Part shown: positions 10,591 through 20,377 of the stretch, piece after piece | Layout of the letters: the number at the start of each line of letters is the position of its first letter | How positions within the stretch are numbered: position 1 is the first letter of the stretch | IMG/VR virus record: IMGVR_UViG_3300030202_002990 | Location: 1 to 64,000 of that record | Source of the DNA: a virus | Reading direction: 5' to 3' (one strand) | Length of the DNA stretch: 64,000 nt | Notes under the pieces: model-generated | What the model was told of the DNA's origin: nothing | The model's database searches: none | What the model saw: only the letters and a program-made list of their open reading frames with translations | Program-made: the position numbers and the translations under genes

Positions 10591-11500
10591 TTAATTTATA
10601 CCTCATCAGGTCTGAAAATTTCATCTTTGGTGTTTGTTTTATAACATCTACCATCTTACGAAACCCCAAATCTGAAGGGTCCTTCTCAGTTAGTTTTACA
10701 AAGTAGACATCAATATTGTGATTCATAAACTCTTCAACCATTTTTAATGAATCACTTATCGCGTCCGTGTCTAAAGATATATATATCTCTTTAACTTTAT
10801 TTTCGACTATTTTTCTTTTTAGTGACTTAAGAATTTGTTTACCGAACAGAGGAATACAATTTCTTCTAATTGCTATTGCATCAAAGGGACCTTCACAAAG
10901 TACTAATGGTTCAGACCAATTGATGAATAATTCAAATCCAACCACATCTTTTGATGTAGCAGAATTTTTATATTTCATTGGTGATTCATAGATGTCTCTA
11001 CCAACAAAAAAATTTAATTTACCATCTCTATCATAACTTGGAATCACTACACGATTACTAAACATACCACTTTCACAATAACCAATGTTATACTTTAGTA
11101 TATCTTCGTGTGTAATTCCTCTTTTTCTTAAATATGATAATGCATTTTTATAAAATGGATTTGATGACTTTTCCCACATTGGTTTAAATTCATCAGGTAG
11201 TTTTACAATACTTTTATCATCATTTTTAAATTTTCTTGGTTTACTATCAACCAAACCACCCAATTCATCAAATTGTGCTTTAGTGGCTCTCATACCTTTC
11301 AATAAGGTAAATAAACTTCTACCTTTCTTATCACATACCCAACAATGCCATACCGACTTTAAGATGTTTACTTCAAGTTTTGGTTTATAGTGATTACAAA
11401 AAGGACACATCCAAGCAAACTGACCTTGTTTTTTATGTCTTTTATGTTTACCACCTAATACTCTATCGAGTAAGTTTAATATTTTAGTTTCTTCAAACAC
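10553..11500 (-). CDS. DNA primase (zinc finger + TOPRIM; gp61/DnaG-like)
   Basis: CPFC...CHCWVC-type zinc finger, RVVIP, KYKN, TOPRIM motifs CEGPFD and LDTDA. Confidence 0.9.
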   Translation of the reverse strand: MFEETKILNLLDRVLGGKHKRHKKQGQFAWMCPFCNHYKPKLEVNILKSVWHCWVCDKKGRSLFTLLKGMRATKAQFDELGGLVDSKPRKFKNDDKSIVKLPDEFKPMWEKSSNPFYKNALSYLRKRGITHEDILKYNIGYCESGMFSNRVVIPSYDRDGKLNFFVGRDIYESPMKYKNSATSKDVVGFELFINWSEPLVLCEGPFDAIAIRRNCIPLFGKQILKSLKRKIVENKVKEIYISLDTDAISDSLKMVEEFMNHNIDVYFVKLTEKDPSDLGFRKMVDVIKQTPKMKFSDLMRYKLSGKKTAGIDLEI

Positions 11501-12668
11501 TTTTACTTGGACTTATATTTGTAGGTAACCAAACTTGGTCTCCATCTTTATTGTAGATACTGAGTAAATCATCTCTCCACTTTTCAACATCTGAATACTT
11601 GGATAAATACTCTCTTAACTCCCCTAAATAATTATTTCTATCTTCAACAGAAAGATTAGATATTTCAGCAACTTGTTTTTCAAATTGTTTTTGTGTTGAA
11701 GCTCTAAAAGGATACTTCATATCTTTACTCCAATCCTTGTGTAGTATAGGAATTTTACCATAATCTATAGACTGAAAAATACTATAACCAAAAGGCTCAC
11801 TTTCAAAACAACTGTGACTTATTCCCCATTCTTCACTTCGGAAAAACCTATCTATTTTTTCTGACCTATAATCAATGACCTTGAATTTATTTAATTTAAC
11901 ACTTTTTTTATAATCATTAAAACACTTCTCATAAATCTTTTCTAATGTTAAACCAATCGATTCAATTTTTTCTAAAAAATGTAGATTCTTTCTTGGTTCA
12001 CATCTAGCTGGGAATCCTACAACATTAGAACTATTGGCAGGTAGATTGTTTTTAAATTCATATGTGTTTGGTATTGCATAATCAAAATCACCCTCATTAT
12101 CAATACCAATCCATATAGAATTTTCTGAATCCTTAATCAAATAATTTTGATAATCAATAGATTTTTGTTGATAATTTATAACTTTTTTGGTGAACTTTCG
12201 TAACTTTTGTTGACACTTTAATGTAACAGATTCAAGACTATGAATACAGACCGAATCTATTTTTCTGTCGTAAACTTTCCTCATCCTTTTAGATGACCAA
12301 TTTTGAGAATTACCATACATCATTATCGGTAATGGATATGAAAGTAAATGAAACTTTCTTGCACCCTTTATAACCATATCTACTGTTCTTCTATCAGGTA
12401 ATGAAAAGTAATTAGATATTGGAAGACGAGACATTGTATATTCCCACTCCCATTCAGTACCTGGTCTATGGATTACATCTACATATTGTTTGGTATACTC
12501 AATCCATTCCTTATCTTGTTCAATTTCAACTATTAGAATTGGTTTAACAATCAAATGTGGAGATACATTACTTATCCAATCATCAATCCATTTTGAAACA
12601 CCACCATTTGAAACATCACCTACCTCAGTAGCTACATAAACATCATAAGGTTCGTTTAAATTTATCAT
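11493..12668 (-). CDS. Glycosyltransferase, GT-B/GT4-like
   Basis: N-terminal GGV; ARCEPRKNL; EPFGYSIFQSIDYGKIPI resembles the GT4 E-x-F-G motif. Confidence 0.7.
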   Translation of the reverse strand: MINLNEPYDVYVATEVGDVSNGGVSKWIDDWISNVSPHLIVKPILIVEIEQDKEWIEYTKQYVDVIHRPGTEWEWEYTMSRLPISNYFSLPDRRTVDMVIKGARKFHLLSYPLPIMMYGNSQNWSSKRMRKVYDRKIDSVCIHSLESVTLKCQQKLRKFTKKVINYQQKSIDYQNYLIKDSENSIWIGIDNEGDFDYAIPNTYEFKNNLPANSSNVVGFPARCEPRKNLHFLEKIESIGLTLEKIYEKCFNDYKKSVKLNKFKVIDYRSEKIDRFFRSEEWGISHSCFESEPFGYSIFQSIDYGKIPILHKDWSKDMKYPFRASTQKQFEKQVAEISNLSVEDRNNYLGELREYLSKYSDVEKWRDDLLSIYNKDGDQVWLPTNISPSKSV

Positions 12669-12997
12669 TTTATTAAATCTATAAAATCTTTAATTTCCAA
12701 CACCGCGTAAGTTTTACTACGATTTCTCTTAAATATTAAAACAGGTTTACCCTTTTCACTATTGGATTCTGCCTGTTTTAATGATTCCCATATGTTTAAT
12801 TTTTCTTGATTCTTACATTCAATAGCATATGGTATCAATTTACGAGCAGCAGGTGAAAGTTGTATATCTTCACCACTTTCTCCCATCGTAGTAGATTTGA
12901 TGTCATCGGGTTCTAATTGTTTGAAGTTTTCTAATAACTGGTCACGAATTTGATTCTGTAACCTTTTACCTTTATTTTTAGCAGAACGAGTTTTCAT
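12665..12997 (-). CDS. PD-(D/E)XK nuclease, Holliday-junction-resolvase-like
   Basis: SAKNKGKRLQ, GEDIQLS, IECKNQE, PVLIFKRNRS. Confidence 0.75.
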   Translation of the reverse strand: MKTRSAKNKGKRLQNQIRDQLLENFKQLEPDDIKSTTMGESGEDIQLSPAARKLIPYAIECKNQEKLNIWESLKQAESNSEKGKPVLIFKRNRSKTYAVLEIKDFIDLIK

Positions 12998-13025
12998 ACT
13001 AATAAGTATAACCTAAATTTTGAAA

Positions 13026-13412
13026 CTATTTAAAAATCTTGCTCCATTTTCTTCTGTATTCTTTTTGTGCCCACTTTTCAGCTAATTCTTCCCACTTGTT
13101 GTCATCGTGTGGGTCTCTACCTTGGTGGACTGCCATATTACCAGCTTGATTGTATTTCTTGACGAACTTTCTAACACCCAATCTTTGTGCATCTAAAGCA
13201 TGTTTGATTTCGTGTAATACAGAAATAATGAATTCTTTAACATTTGGATAGGAACGATTTAATAATATGGTATCTTTTTCAGGTATGTAATCACCATAGT
13301 CGTGTTTAGCACCAAACTTTACCTTACTTTTTAACTTGTACTTTTTTACAAGTGCATTTGCAGTTTGTAAGTAATCAATCCGTTCTAATAGTAATTGTGA
13401 TAATTTAATCAT
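13026..13412 (-). CDS. HExxH metallopeptidase-like protein
   Basis: VLHEIKHALD with downstream WEELAE; N-terminal MIKLSQLLLE. Confidence 0.65.
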   Translation of the reverse strand: MIKLSQLLLERIDYLQTANALVKKYKLKSKVKFGAKHDYGDYIPEKDTILLNRSYPNVKEFIISVLHEIKHALDAQRLGVRKFVKKYNQAGNMAVHQGRDPHDDNKWEELAEKWAQKEYRRKWSKIFK

Positions 13413-13758
13413 CTAAAATATCCGATATCTCATAATTTGTTGAATAATCCTCACTACCATACTTATCCCAACTTCCAACATCCTCTTGGAAATTATCGTA
13501 CTTGACACCAGTATTCTTCACTTTTTTAATCACTTGAATTCGTTGTTGGGACTTATCGTTCTTGTCATAAATATTACCTGCCTTTGGAAAACTCCATTGA
13601 ACATAGCCACCTTTTTCAAACCAAGGCTCAGGTTTGTTAGATTTGATACCTAACTTTCTAACCTTTCCTTTTGGTAGGAAACCTGTATCAGGTTCACCAG
13701 CATCATTGTAGGCTGAATTTAAACTGGTTTCTCTGAGTAAGTCCATAAGTTTAATCAT
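13405..13758 (-). CDS. Hypothetical protein with MIKLxxLLxE leader
   Basis: ORF track; starts MIKLMDLLRE. Confidence 0.65.
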   Translation of the reverse strand: MIKLMDLLRETSLNSAYNDAGEPDTGFLPKGKVRKLGIKSNKPEPWFEKGGYVQWSFPKAGNIYDKNDKSQQRIQVIKKVKNTGVKYDNFQEDVGSWDKYGSEDYSTNYEISDILDD

Positions 13759-14684
13759 TAAATAGTTATCTCACCTTCTCGTTTTAAATACCACTTACGA
13801 AATTGTGCAGGTGTTCCAATGGTTATCTTACTCTCAGGTACATACTTTAATAATTCTTTCTTGTGTGCTATTTCTTCATAATCAGTACCCGTATATGAAT
13901 CTTTTTGAAAATAATAATCATCCCAAACCCTTTTCAATACAAATACATCTATTACCTTAGTGTTGTAAACAATTATTTCGTTCCACCAAGCTGATGTTTC
14001 TTTAGATGGATGTGTAATGCTTTTCTTAACATCATCTTTATGCTTCTTTAATAGTTTATTGGTGGTATCGATATATTTTTTTATTTGTTTTTGAGCGTAT
14101 GGGCCTAAGTTCTGTCTAATAATTTTCATCTGTTCAGTATATCTTAAATCTTCATACTTAGGGTCATTTTCAACCTCATCTTGAATCTTTCGTTCTAAAC
14201 TTCTCCATGAATCATAATCGTGTAATTTTGCCTTTTTAATGGCAGTCTTTACAATCATATGGTCTCCATCAAATATATGAAACCCCCTTACCCATCTTCT
14301 ACCAGTTCTATCGGGTACCGTATCAAAATCCATATACTTTCGTGCTAACAACTCACCCGATACATGAAATATAACACCACCACTTTTCGTTTGAACACCA
14401 CGACCTTTCGCTAACGGAGAGGATTTATTTGCCTTGGTAAATGTAGAGATTGATTTTTTCTTACCCAATACATCCTTTAAGGTTTTTATATAACTCGGTC
14501 CTGTAACATGAAATGAGTTTATCGGTATCTTACCAATCACCTTTTCCATTGTCTTTGGGTAAAGTGGAACATAGTCTTGTGTGAGTGTCCAAGATAGGGC
14601 ATCCTTTGTGTGTGCTGGATACCATTCGTCTCTTAACCTACCCAAGTAAGTACTTTCGTTCAGTAAGTCCTTCAACTTAATCAT
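13758..14684 (-). CDS. Hypothetical protein with MIKLxxLLxE leader
   Basis: 308 aa; starts MIKLKDLLNE. Confidence 0.7.
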   Translation of the reverse strand: MIKLKDLLNESTYLGRLRDEWYPAHTKDALSWTLTQDYVPLYPKTMEKVIGKIPINSFHVTGPSYIKTLKDVLGKKKSISTFTKANKSSPLAKGRGVQTKSGGVIFHVSGELLARKYMDFDTVPDRTGRRWVRGFHIFDGDHMIVKTAIKKAKLHDYDSWRSLERKIQDEVENDPKYEDLRYTEQMKIIRQNLGPYAQKQIKKYIDTTNKLLKKHKDDVKKSITHPSKETSAWWNEIIVYNTKVIDVFVLKRVWDDYYFQKDSYTGTDYEEIAHKKELLKYVPESKITIGTPAQFRKWYLKREGEITI

Positions 14685-14983
14685 ATCAAATCTTCTATCT
14701 GTTCTTCTATTTTTTTATGTAATATTTTTAGTTCTTTTAAACCTTTTTTAATCATAGCTGGTTTCTCAGCGTTTACACCTTTAAATACCTTACCCATATT
14801 GACACTCCAACTCTGACCCCAAATTTTCAACATAAGAAATCCTTTCTTAGTATCACTCATTGGTGCTTCATTTTGTATTTGTTTTGGTGTTTTAAAAGGC
14901 GGGTTATCCTTTTCGGTATAAATTTTACCCAACACTAATTTATTATCAGACCACTCTTTGAGTAAATCTTTTAGTTTTACCAC
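14681..14983 (-). CDS. Hypothetical protein with MIKLxxLLxE leader
   Basis: Starts MVKLKDLLKE. Confidence 0.65.
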   Translation of the reverse strand: MVKLKDLLKEWSDNKLVLGKIYTEKDNPPFKTPKQIQNEAPMSDTKKGFLMLKIWGQSWSVNMGKVFKGVNAEKPAMIKKGLKELKILHKKIEEQIEDLI

Positions 14984-16644
14984 TTACGACAACTCCAATA
15001 ACGGGCTTTATGTCTTGGCCCTGGTGAATCACAATTATGTCTTGCTCTAAAATTAGCTCTAGCTTTAGGATTAGATTTCCTAATTCTCATAGTTCCACCT
15101 TTGGCATCTCCACCTTGTCCAAAGTTTACCTTTACGACATTACCTTTTGGATTTTTAACATATACTTTAAATTTCTTTGAGTCTCCTTGCATCGGTTTTC
15201 CAAGTTTAACCTTACGACCTTGATACTCAGCTTCTACCAACCCAGTCATGGTGTATCCCCAAGAACCATCTTCCATCCATAAATCATAAGACTCGTTTAA
15301 CTCATCATCGTGTAATGGTTTTACACTTATACCAGGATAACCTTCCTTCTTTTTCTTCTTTTTACCCTTTTCTTCATATCCACTAGCAAATGCTGCTCGT
15401 CTCTGAGCGTCACTTGAGAATCCTTCCTTCACACCTTCTTTCTTAGATTCGGAAATTTGTATTCTTTTTTGAATATTTGTCTCAAAAGTTTTGTATGCTG
15501 TATCAATATCTGATAATACTTTATCAAAAATAGATTTGTTCAATGATTTTATTTTAACAACATTTGATTTTACTTTTTTCAAACCTTTAATCATTTCTTT
15601 TTTATCTTTAACTTGATAATAGGTATCTACATCCATTACATCACTCATCATTTTTTCTATTTTATTGTTATGTTTAATACCAAAACTTAAATCTGCCGTA
15701 TCACCTTCTAATGCATTAAGTAATTTATCTGTAAATTTTTCCATACTCATTTTTAATTCATTTAGTTTAACTTCATCTACGGATTCTTTTTTAGATTTAT
15801 TACCCCAATTCTTAGCACCTACCTTACGACACTTTACTAATGCTCCACTTGCATATGCTGATGGCCATACATCATAACGAGCTTTGACCTTGTGATAACA
15901 GGCATCTTTTTTACCTGCCTTCTCATCAAATTGTTCTTCGGTCATCATTTGAGATTCACGAATTTTTTTGATTTCAGTACGAATCAGATTTCTAATCATG
16001 TTTTCAACTTTATCACTTTTCATAATACTCTCCTCTTGGTCTTTACCCTTTTTAAATCTGTGTTCTCCATCAGGATTATTCTGTGGAACATTCCCAACAT
16101 TTCTTAAATAATTTGGTGGATTCAACATTTCCTTTTTAATAAATCTTTTTACTAATTGTAAAGCTCTTTTGTGTAAAGGGTCTTTTTTATTCTTAAGAGC
16201 AGTACCGACCTTCTTAGTTTTAGTTAATTGTTTCTTCAACAATTGATTATAAGCTTGGGGATTTACTACTGCCATATTTGGTACTAATTCATTAATTTCC
16301 ATATGTTCTCTCTTTTTTCTCCCTTGACAATGAGCCTTTTGACTAAACCCCTTTGGGTTATTACAATCAATAGACTTTTTATATTTTTTACTCCATCCCT
16401 CTTCTACATTTTTATCATAATAGTCTTTGGGATGAAATTTCATGTGAACTACCTTACCAGCTTTAGCGACACTCTTACCATCGACTATGATTTCTACTGG
16501 ATATGGTTTATCAGGTTTGTTCAACCAATATGCCATTTTGTATCCACCTTTGTCGAGTAGTTTCATCAGAACACCTCTCTTGTATTCCTTGTCTTCAGCT
16601 TGAAGTACTTTTAATTCTCCTCTTGGTAGTATTAAATCAGCCAT
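14977..16644 (-). CDS. Basic multi-module phage protein (possible head-internal polyprotein)
   Basis: Chain of short Lys/Cys modules: WSKKYKKSIDCNNPKGFSQKAHC, KKDACYHKVKARYDVWPSAYASGALVKC, FSSDAQRRAAFA, EAEYQGRKVKL...RARHNC...ARYWSCRKW. Confidence 0.75.
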   Translation of the reverse strand: MADLILPRGELKVLQAEDKEYKRGVLMKLLDKGGYKMAYWLNKPDKPYPVEIIVDGKSVAKAGKVVHMKFHPKDYYDKNVEEGWSKKYKKSIDCNNPKGFSQKAHCQGRKKREHMEINELVPNMAVVNPQAYNQLLKKQLTKTKKVGTALKNKKDPLHKRALQLVKRFIKKEMLNPPNYLRNVGNVPQNNPDGEHRFKKGKDQEESIMKSDKVENMIRNLIRTEIKKIRESQMMTEEQFDEKAGKKDACYHKVKARYDVWPSAYASGALVKCRKVGAKNWGNKSKKESVDEVKLNELKMSMEKFTDKLLNALEGDTADLSFGIKHNNKIEKMMSDVMDVDTYYQVKDKKEMIKGLKKVKSNVVKIKSLNKSIFDKVLSDIDTAYKTFETNIQKRIQISESKKEGVKEGFSSDAQRRAAFASGYEEKGKKKKKKEGYPGISVKPLHDDELNESYDLWMEDGSWGYTMTGLVEAEYQGRKVKLGKPMQGDSKKFKVYVKNPKGNVVKVNFGQGGDAKGGTMRIRKSNPKARANFRARHNCDSPGPRHKARYWSCRKW

Positions 16645-17015
16645 TACTTCTTAGGTTTGGTTGATACATAAATTGGTTTCTTACCTTGTCCTGCAGATTG
16701 TTTACCACCTCTTCCAGCTTTATTTTGTGCTGACCTCTTCCTACGAGTAGCACTAGCTTTTTGTTTCTTTGTCATACCTGCAGCTTTAGACTTTGGAACA
16801 CATTTAGCATATCCTCTTTTCTTTCCACTTGAACCACATGGTGGATGTCCACCACCTTTTTTCTTCTTACCGATGTTTACCCATTTATCTTTAAACCACT
16901 TTCGTAAGTTTTCGTGGACAGGTAAACCACACTCGATACATAAGTTATCAAGAAGTTTATGTGTCTGTTCTGTAGTTAATTTTTTTAGTATTTCGTTAAG
17001 TTTAGTCATCTGCAT
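16644..17015 (-). CDS. Basic phage protein
   Basis: LRKWFKDKWVNI...CGSSGKKRGYAKCVPKSKA; Lys/Arg-rich. Confidence 0.7.
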   Translation of the reverse strand: MQMTKLNEILKKLTTEQTHKLLDNLCIECGLPVHENLRKWFKDKWVNIGKKKKGGGHPPCGSSGKKRGYAKCVPKSKAAGMTKKQKASATRRKRSAQNKAGRGGKQSAGQGKKPIYVSTKPKK

Positions 17016-17322
17016 GTTCTAATAATTTAACATCATCTTCAGCGTTGTTGAACCAAAAGTCAATTACCTTGGCAAATGAACCAACGAATCCACCCAACAT
17101 CAGTAGTAATATTTCTTTCCATCCACTCTGAACATCTACACCATTACTCATAAAGTAAATCATAAGAGCAAGAATTGTAGAGAAAAGTGCTACTACAGAT
17201 ATACTAATATACCATTTCTTGTTCTGTCTAAACTTTATGATATCAACTAATTGTTGATTGATAGCATGTTTTTGGTCTTGTATATGGTAGTCTTCTTTAA
17301 CTACTTTTCTTAATTCAGCCAT
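17002..17322 (-). CDS. Two-TM membrane protein (possible holin-associated)
   Basis: Two hydrophobic helices; AGGAG SD; lies next to the holin. Confidence 0.65.
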   Translation of the reverse strand: MAELRKVVKEDYHIQDQKHAINQQLVDIIKFRQNKKWYISISVVALFSTILALMIYFMSNGVDVQSGWKEILLLMLGGFVGSFAKVIDFWFNNAEDDVKLLEHADD

Positions 17323-17331
17323 TTTACTCTC

Positions 17332-17457
17332 CTAACCGTTATTTATACATTTTTTAAAGCGTTTATAGACTCTTTGAACTATATGTTCTTTACCTTGATT
17401 TCTCCACATCATTAATAGTGCTTGTTGTCTTATAATAGCCTCTTGTTTTTCACTCAA
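17332..17457 (-). CDS. Small hypothetical protein, 41 aa
   Basis: TTG start, MSEKQEAIIRQQALLMMWRNQGKEHIVQRVYKRFKKCINNG; fills the gap between neighbours. Confidence 0.5.
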   Translation of the reverse strand: MSEKQEAIIRQQALLMMWRNQGKEHIVQRVYKRFKKCINNG

Positions 17458-17470
17458 CCTTTATTCCCCC

Positions 17471-17896
17471 TTATTTTGCTACTTGTTTAACCTTTTCGAT
17501 TGAACGACCAGCAAAGTATGCTGCGTAAACTGTCATTAATAATGTTTGATACACAGGAACATATGCTGCTCCTATTGTAAATGCCTGTTCACCTATTTTT
17601 AAGTTTCCATCAAATATACTTAAAACGGTAAATATAGCAGTTAAAAACACCAATGTTAATGGTCTGATATTTTTACTCAACCAACTTCCATGTTTCATAT
17701 CAGCTTCCCAACGAGCAGATACTTGAGCTTGTGCTGCTTGTTCGGCTGTTGCTAAAATTTGTGTAATTTTTTGTCTGGCTTCTTCCTTTTCTTCTCCTGA
17801 AGTATGTAAGTTATCTATGATATTCCCTACATCTTTTATTGTATCACCACCTAATAAACTACCTGCTCCTTTGGCGATTGTACTTAGTAACCCCAT
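17471..17896 (-). CDS. Holin (GTA 3TM-holin-like)
   Basis: IIDNLHTSGEEK, RWEADM..SWLSKNIRP, hydrophobic helices, YFAGRSIEK. Confidence 0.8.
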   Translation of the reverse strand: MGLLSTIAKGAGSLLGGDTIKDVGNIIDNLHTSGEEKEEARQKITQILATAEQAAQAQVSARWEADMKHGSWLSKNIRPLTLVFLTAIFTVLSIFDGNLKIGEQAFTIGAAYVPVYQTLLMTVYAAYFAGRSIEKVKQVAK

Positions 17897-18020
17897 TACT
17901 TTCTCCTTGTTGTTTTTTCAACCACTTTTTGTATTGTTTTTTTGTACGACCTTTTTCTTTCAACTCTTTATTTTTCTTGAGTCTGGTCTGTTTTCTTAAT
18001 TTGGCCTTTTTACTTGGCAT
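17859..18020 (-). CDS. Small highly basic protein, 53 aa
   Basis: MPSKKAKLRKQTRLKKNKELKEKGRTKKQYKKWLKK...; preceded by the ATATTTAT motif. Confidence 0.55.
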   Translation of the reverse strand: MPSKKAKLRKQTRLKKNKELKEKGRTKKQYKKWLKKQQGESNGVTKYNRQRSR

Positions 18021-18053
18021 ATTTTTTATCCATTAAATATAAATATCTGTTAT

Positions 18054-18707
18054 TCATTTTTTACTACTGCTAACAAGATTATTGGATACTTGTGCACTTA
18101 ATAAAGTTTGAAGTGTGAAGTATAAAGATGGATTCCTTTTTAATAATTCTTTAAATTCTCTCTGTTTCCAAACTAAACACTCACATGGATGTTTGACTAT
18201 ACAAGTCGCAGTTGCTGATTTTTCTGTTAAAAATGACATCTCCCCTACAAACTGACCATCTTTTAATTCAGCTACTTTATTACCATCTACTGCAACATCT
18301 ATTGTTCCATTGTATATCAATACTAAATCTGGTACAAGGTGTGTTTGTCTTGTAACAAATTCACCAGGTTGAAATGTTTTCCAAATGGCAGCCTTACTAA
18401 TTTTTAAATATTCTACAGGTGTTAAATCTTTAAATAGGGTTTCATATAACTCATTGTTTTTATCGTCCATGTGGACAGGTCGTTTTTCATAGATAAGAAC
18501 TGCTATGTGGTATACATTTACGAGTACAAAAACAATATTCCAATTTATCGCCAACCACATTGGTTCAAGGGGGATGTAAAAATTATAAAATACAGAAAAT
18601 AAACTTGCTAGTATGGATAGGATTCTAAGGTATAAAATATCCTTTACTAAAAAAGAAAATGCTATTAGACCAAATGCCAGATGTCCTGCTATCGTTGCGA
18701 TATTCAT
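18054..18707 (-). CDS. Popeye-like membrane protein with cyclic-nucleotide-binding domain
   Basis: Three N-terminal TM helices (KDILYLRILSI, AINWNIVF); LYETLFKDLTP; cNMP motifs LIYNGTIDV, GQFVGEMSFL, ATATC. Confidence 0.85.
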   Translation of the reverse strand: MNIATIAGHLAFGLIAFSFLVKDILYLRILSILASLFSVFYNFYIPLEPMWLAINWNIVFVLVNVYHIAVLIYEKRPVHMDDKNNELYETLFKDLTPVEYLKISKAAIWKTFQPGEFVTRQTHLVPDLVLIYNGTIDVAVDGNKVAELKDGQFVGEMSFLTEKSATATCIVKHPCECLVWKQREFKELLKRNPSLYFTLQTLLSAQVSNNLVSSSKK

Positions 18708-18710
18708 ACA

Positions 18711-19127
18711 TTAAAACACATCTTCGGCCAATACATCATCTATTGCCGACTTGATTTCCTTATTACTTAAATCAAGTTCTCCGTCCATATCGGCTTTCCA
18801 TGTTTCCTTTTTAGAACCATCATAGAATAATGCCATTGATGGAAAGTTTCTAAATCTAAGTTTCTTAACAACCTTTGGTGCTTCTTCACTCTGTACTCTT
18901 AAAATTTCACAATCTTGATATCCACTAACACCTTTGATTAGTTTCTCATCAAATTCGGTTTCTTGCCATTCTGCTGTAAATACCACAACAACAATTCCAC
19001 CATTTATTTTTTCTTTAAAATTCTTATCGTTAACACCTTGACCAAATGTCATGGAGAAAAATAATATCAATCCTAACAAATTTCGCATAATGTAACTCCT
19101 ACTTGTCCTTTTTTCTCGCAACTTCAA
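18711..19127 (-). CDS. Exported thioredoxin-fold protein lacking CxxC
   Basis: Signal-like MRNLLGLILFFSMTFG (likely true start); NDKNFKEKI, VVVFTAEW, FRNFPSMALFYDG. Confidence 0.7.
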   Translation of the reverse strand: MKLREKRTSRSYIMRNLLGLILFFSMTFGQGVNDKNFKEKINGGIVVVVFTAEWQETEFDEKLIKGVSGYQDCEILRVQSEEAPKVVKKLRFRNFPSMALFYDGSKKETWKADMDGELDLSNKEIKSAIDDVLAEDVF

Positions 19128-19785
19128 CCCTTAAGTTAGCTACAAGTTTTTCTAAATCTTCAATTGCCTCTTCATACTCATCTATTATTTCATAGACGGC
19201 ATCCATATCTTCTTGTAAACCACCTACTTGTGATTTATATTGTTCATAAGAACGAGGCCAGTTATGTCCATCTGGTTTGGATGGATACTCATCACCAAAT
19301 ATAGATTCTATAGATGGTGGTTCAGGTAAATTTTTTGCTTCTTCTATTTCTGATAGTAACATATAGTAACCACCGACACCTGCTGCTATTACACTAACAA
19401 GTGCAATAATGGTCTGAATAGACATTGTAAACTTTGTACCCATAACTTTATCTTCCGAAAGTTCTATTGGTTCTTCTACTTTTGGTTCTTCTACTACAGG
19501 TTGTGGGGTAGGTTGAGCTACAACAGGCTTCGATTCAACTACTGGTTTTGGTATGGGTTCTTTGTGAATCTCTTCGTGCTTTTCTTCGTGTTTTTGGGTA
19601 TCCGAAGAGTGATTCATCATAGCATCGGTGATGTCCTCAAATGTGCAAACACCCATGTCTACAAGAATCTCACCAAGTGTACCTTTACGACCCTTGACTT
19701 GTTCTTGTAAGGCTTTACTTAGTTGTCGTTTTGTGATAACATCTGCATCACATAGCAACTGACCTAATTTAACCCCATCACTCAT
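19099..19785 (-). CDS. MshEN-like (GspE/PilB N-terminal) domain + Pro/Glu linker + TM + coiled coil
   Basis: KLGQLLCDADVITKRQLSKALQEQ...TLGEILVDMGV resembles the tandem MshEN motif; TM TIIALVSVIAAGVGGYYML; no ATPase domain. Confidence 0.75.
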   Translation of the reverse strand: MSDGVKLGQLLCDADVITKRQLSKALQEQVKGRKGTLGEILVDMGVCTFEDITDAMMNHSSDTQKHEEKHEEIHKEPIPKPVVESKPVVAQPTPQPVVEEPKVEEPIELSEDKVMGTKFTMSIQTIIALVSVIAAGVGGYYMLLSEIEEAKNLPEPPSIESIFGDEYPSKPDGHNWPRSYEQYKSQVGGLQEDMDAVYEIIDEYEEAIEDLEKLVANLRVEVARKKDK

Positions 19786-19788
19786 ATA

Positions 19789-20376
19789 TTATTCACCTGT
19801 ATAAAATGTTCCTTCAGGATCCATTCCGATTTCTATATTATCAAAAACCAATAATGCTATCTGTAATTCATCTCTATATGGATTGTAGAACTGACCATTG
19901 ACCACACCTGAGATTTTGTTATCTTTAACTTCTGTTATTTCTGCTTGACCAAAATTTGTATAATCAAAACTACCTATAATTTCTAAGTCTATTGTTTTAT
20001 CCCTATAAACGGTATCTTCAACTCCGTAATTTAAGTACAAACCTTCATCTATTAAATTATCATTATCCTCACCATCTTTATCATACCATATAGTAGCATA
20101 ATGTTCTAATTCAGGTAAAACTCTACCAACTTCCCTTTGAAAGTGAAAAACCAATAGTTTCTTTATCTTACCATCCTCACCAACTTGTTTACTTCCAAAA
20201 GTTGTTATTGAACCATAGTAAGTAAACGGGTCTATTGGGTCACCATTTACCCACATTTGCATAGAAGGTTCTATTGTTTCTTCTACTCGTGTGTCTTCAC
20301 AACTAATAGATAAAATTAAAATAATCCAAACCAATGGATTAAGGTACTTTTCTTTTATATCAAACCATTTTTTCAT
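19789..20376 (-). CDS. Putative lipoprotein
   Basis: Hydrophobic stretch ending in lipobox-like LSISC. Confidence 0.65.
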   Translation of the reverse strand: MKKWFDIKEKYLNPLVWIILILSISCEDTRVEETIEPSMQMWVNGDPIDPFTYYGSITTFGSKQVGEDGKIKKLLVFHFQREVGRVLPELEHYATIWYDKDGEDNDNLIDEGLYLNYGVEDTVYRDKTIDLEIIGSFDYTNFGQAEITEVKDNKISGVVNGQFYNPYRDELQIALLVFDNIEIGMDPEGTFYTGE

Positions 20377-20377
20377 T

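Noticed and set aside
18711-19127. Redox-active thioredoxin
   Set aside because: The WCxxC position reads AEWQET, so only the fold is supported.
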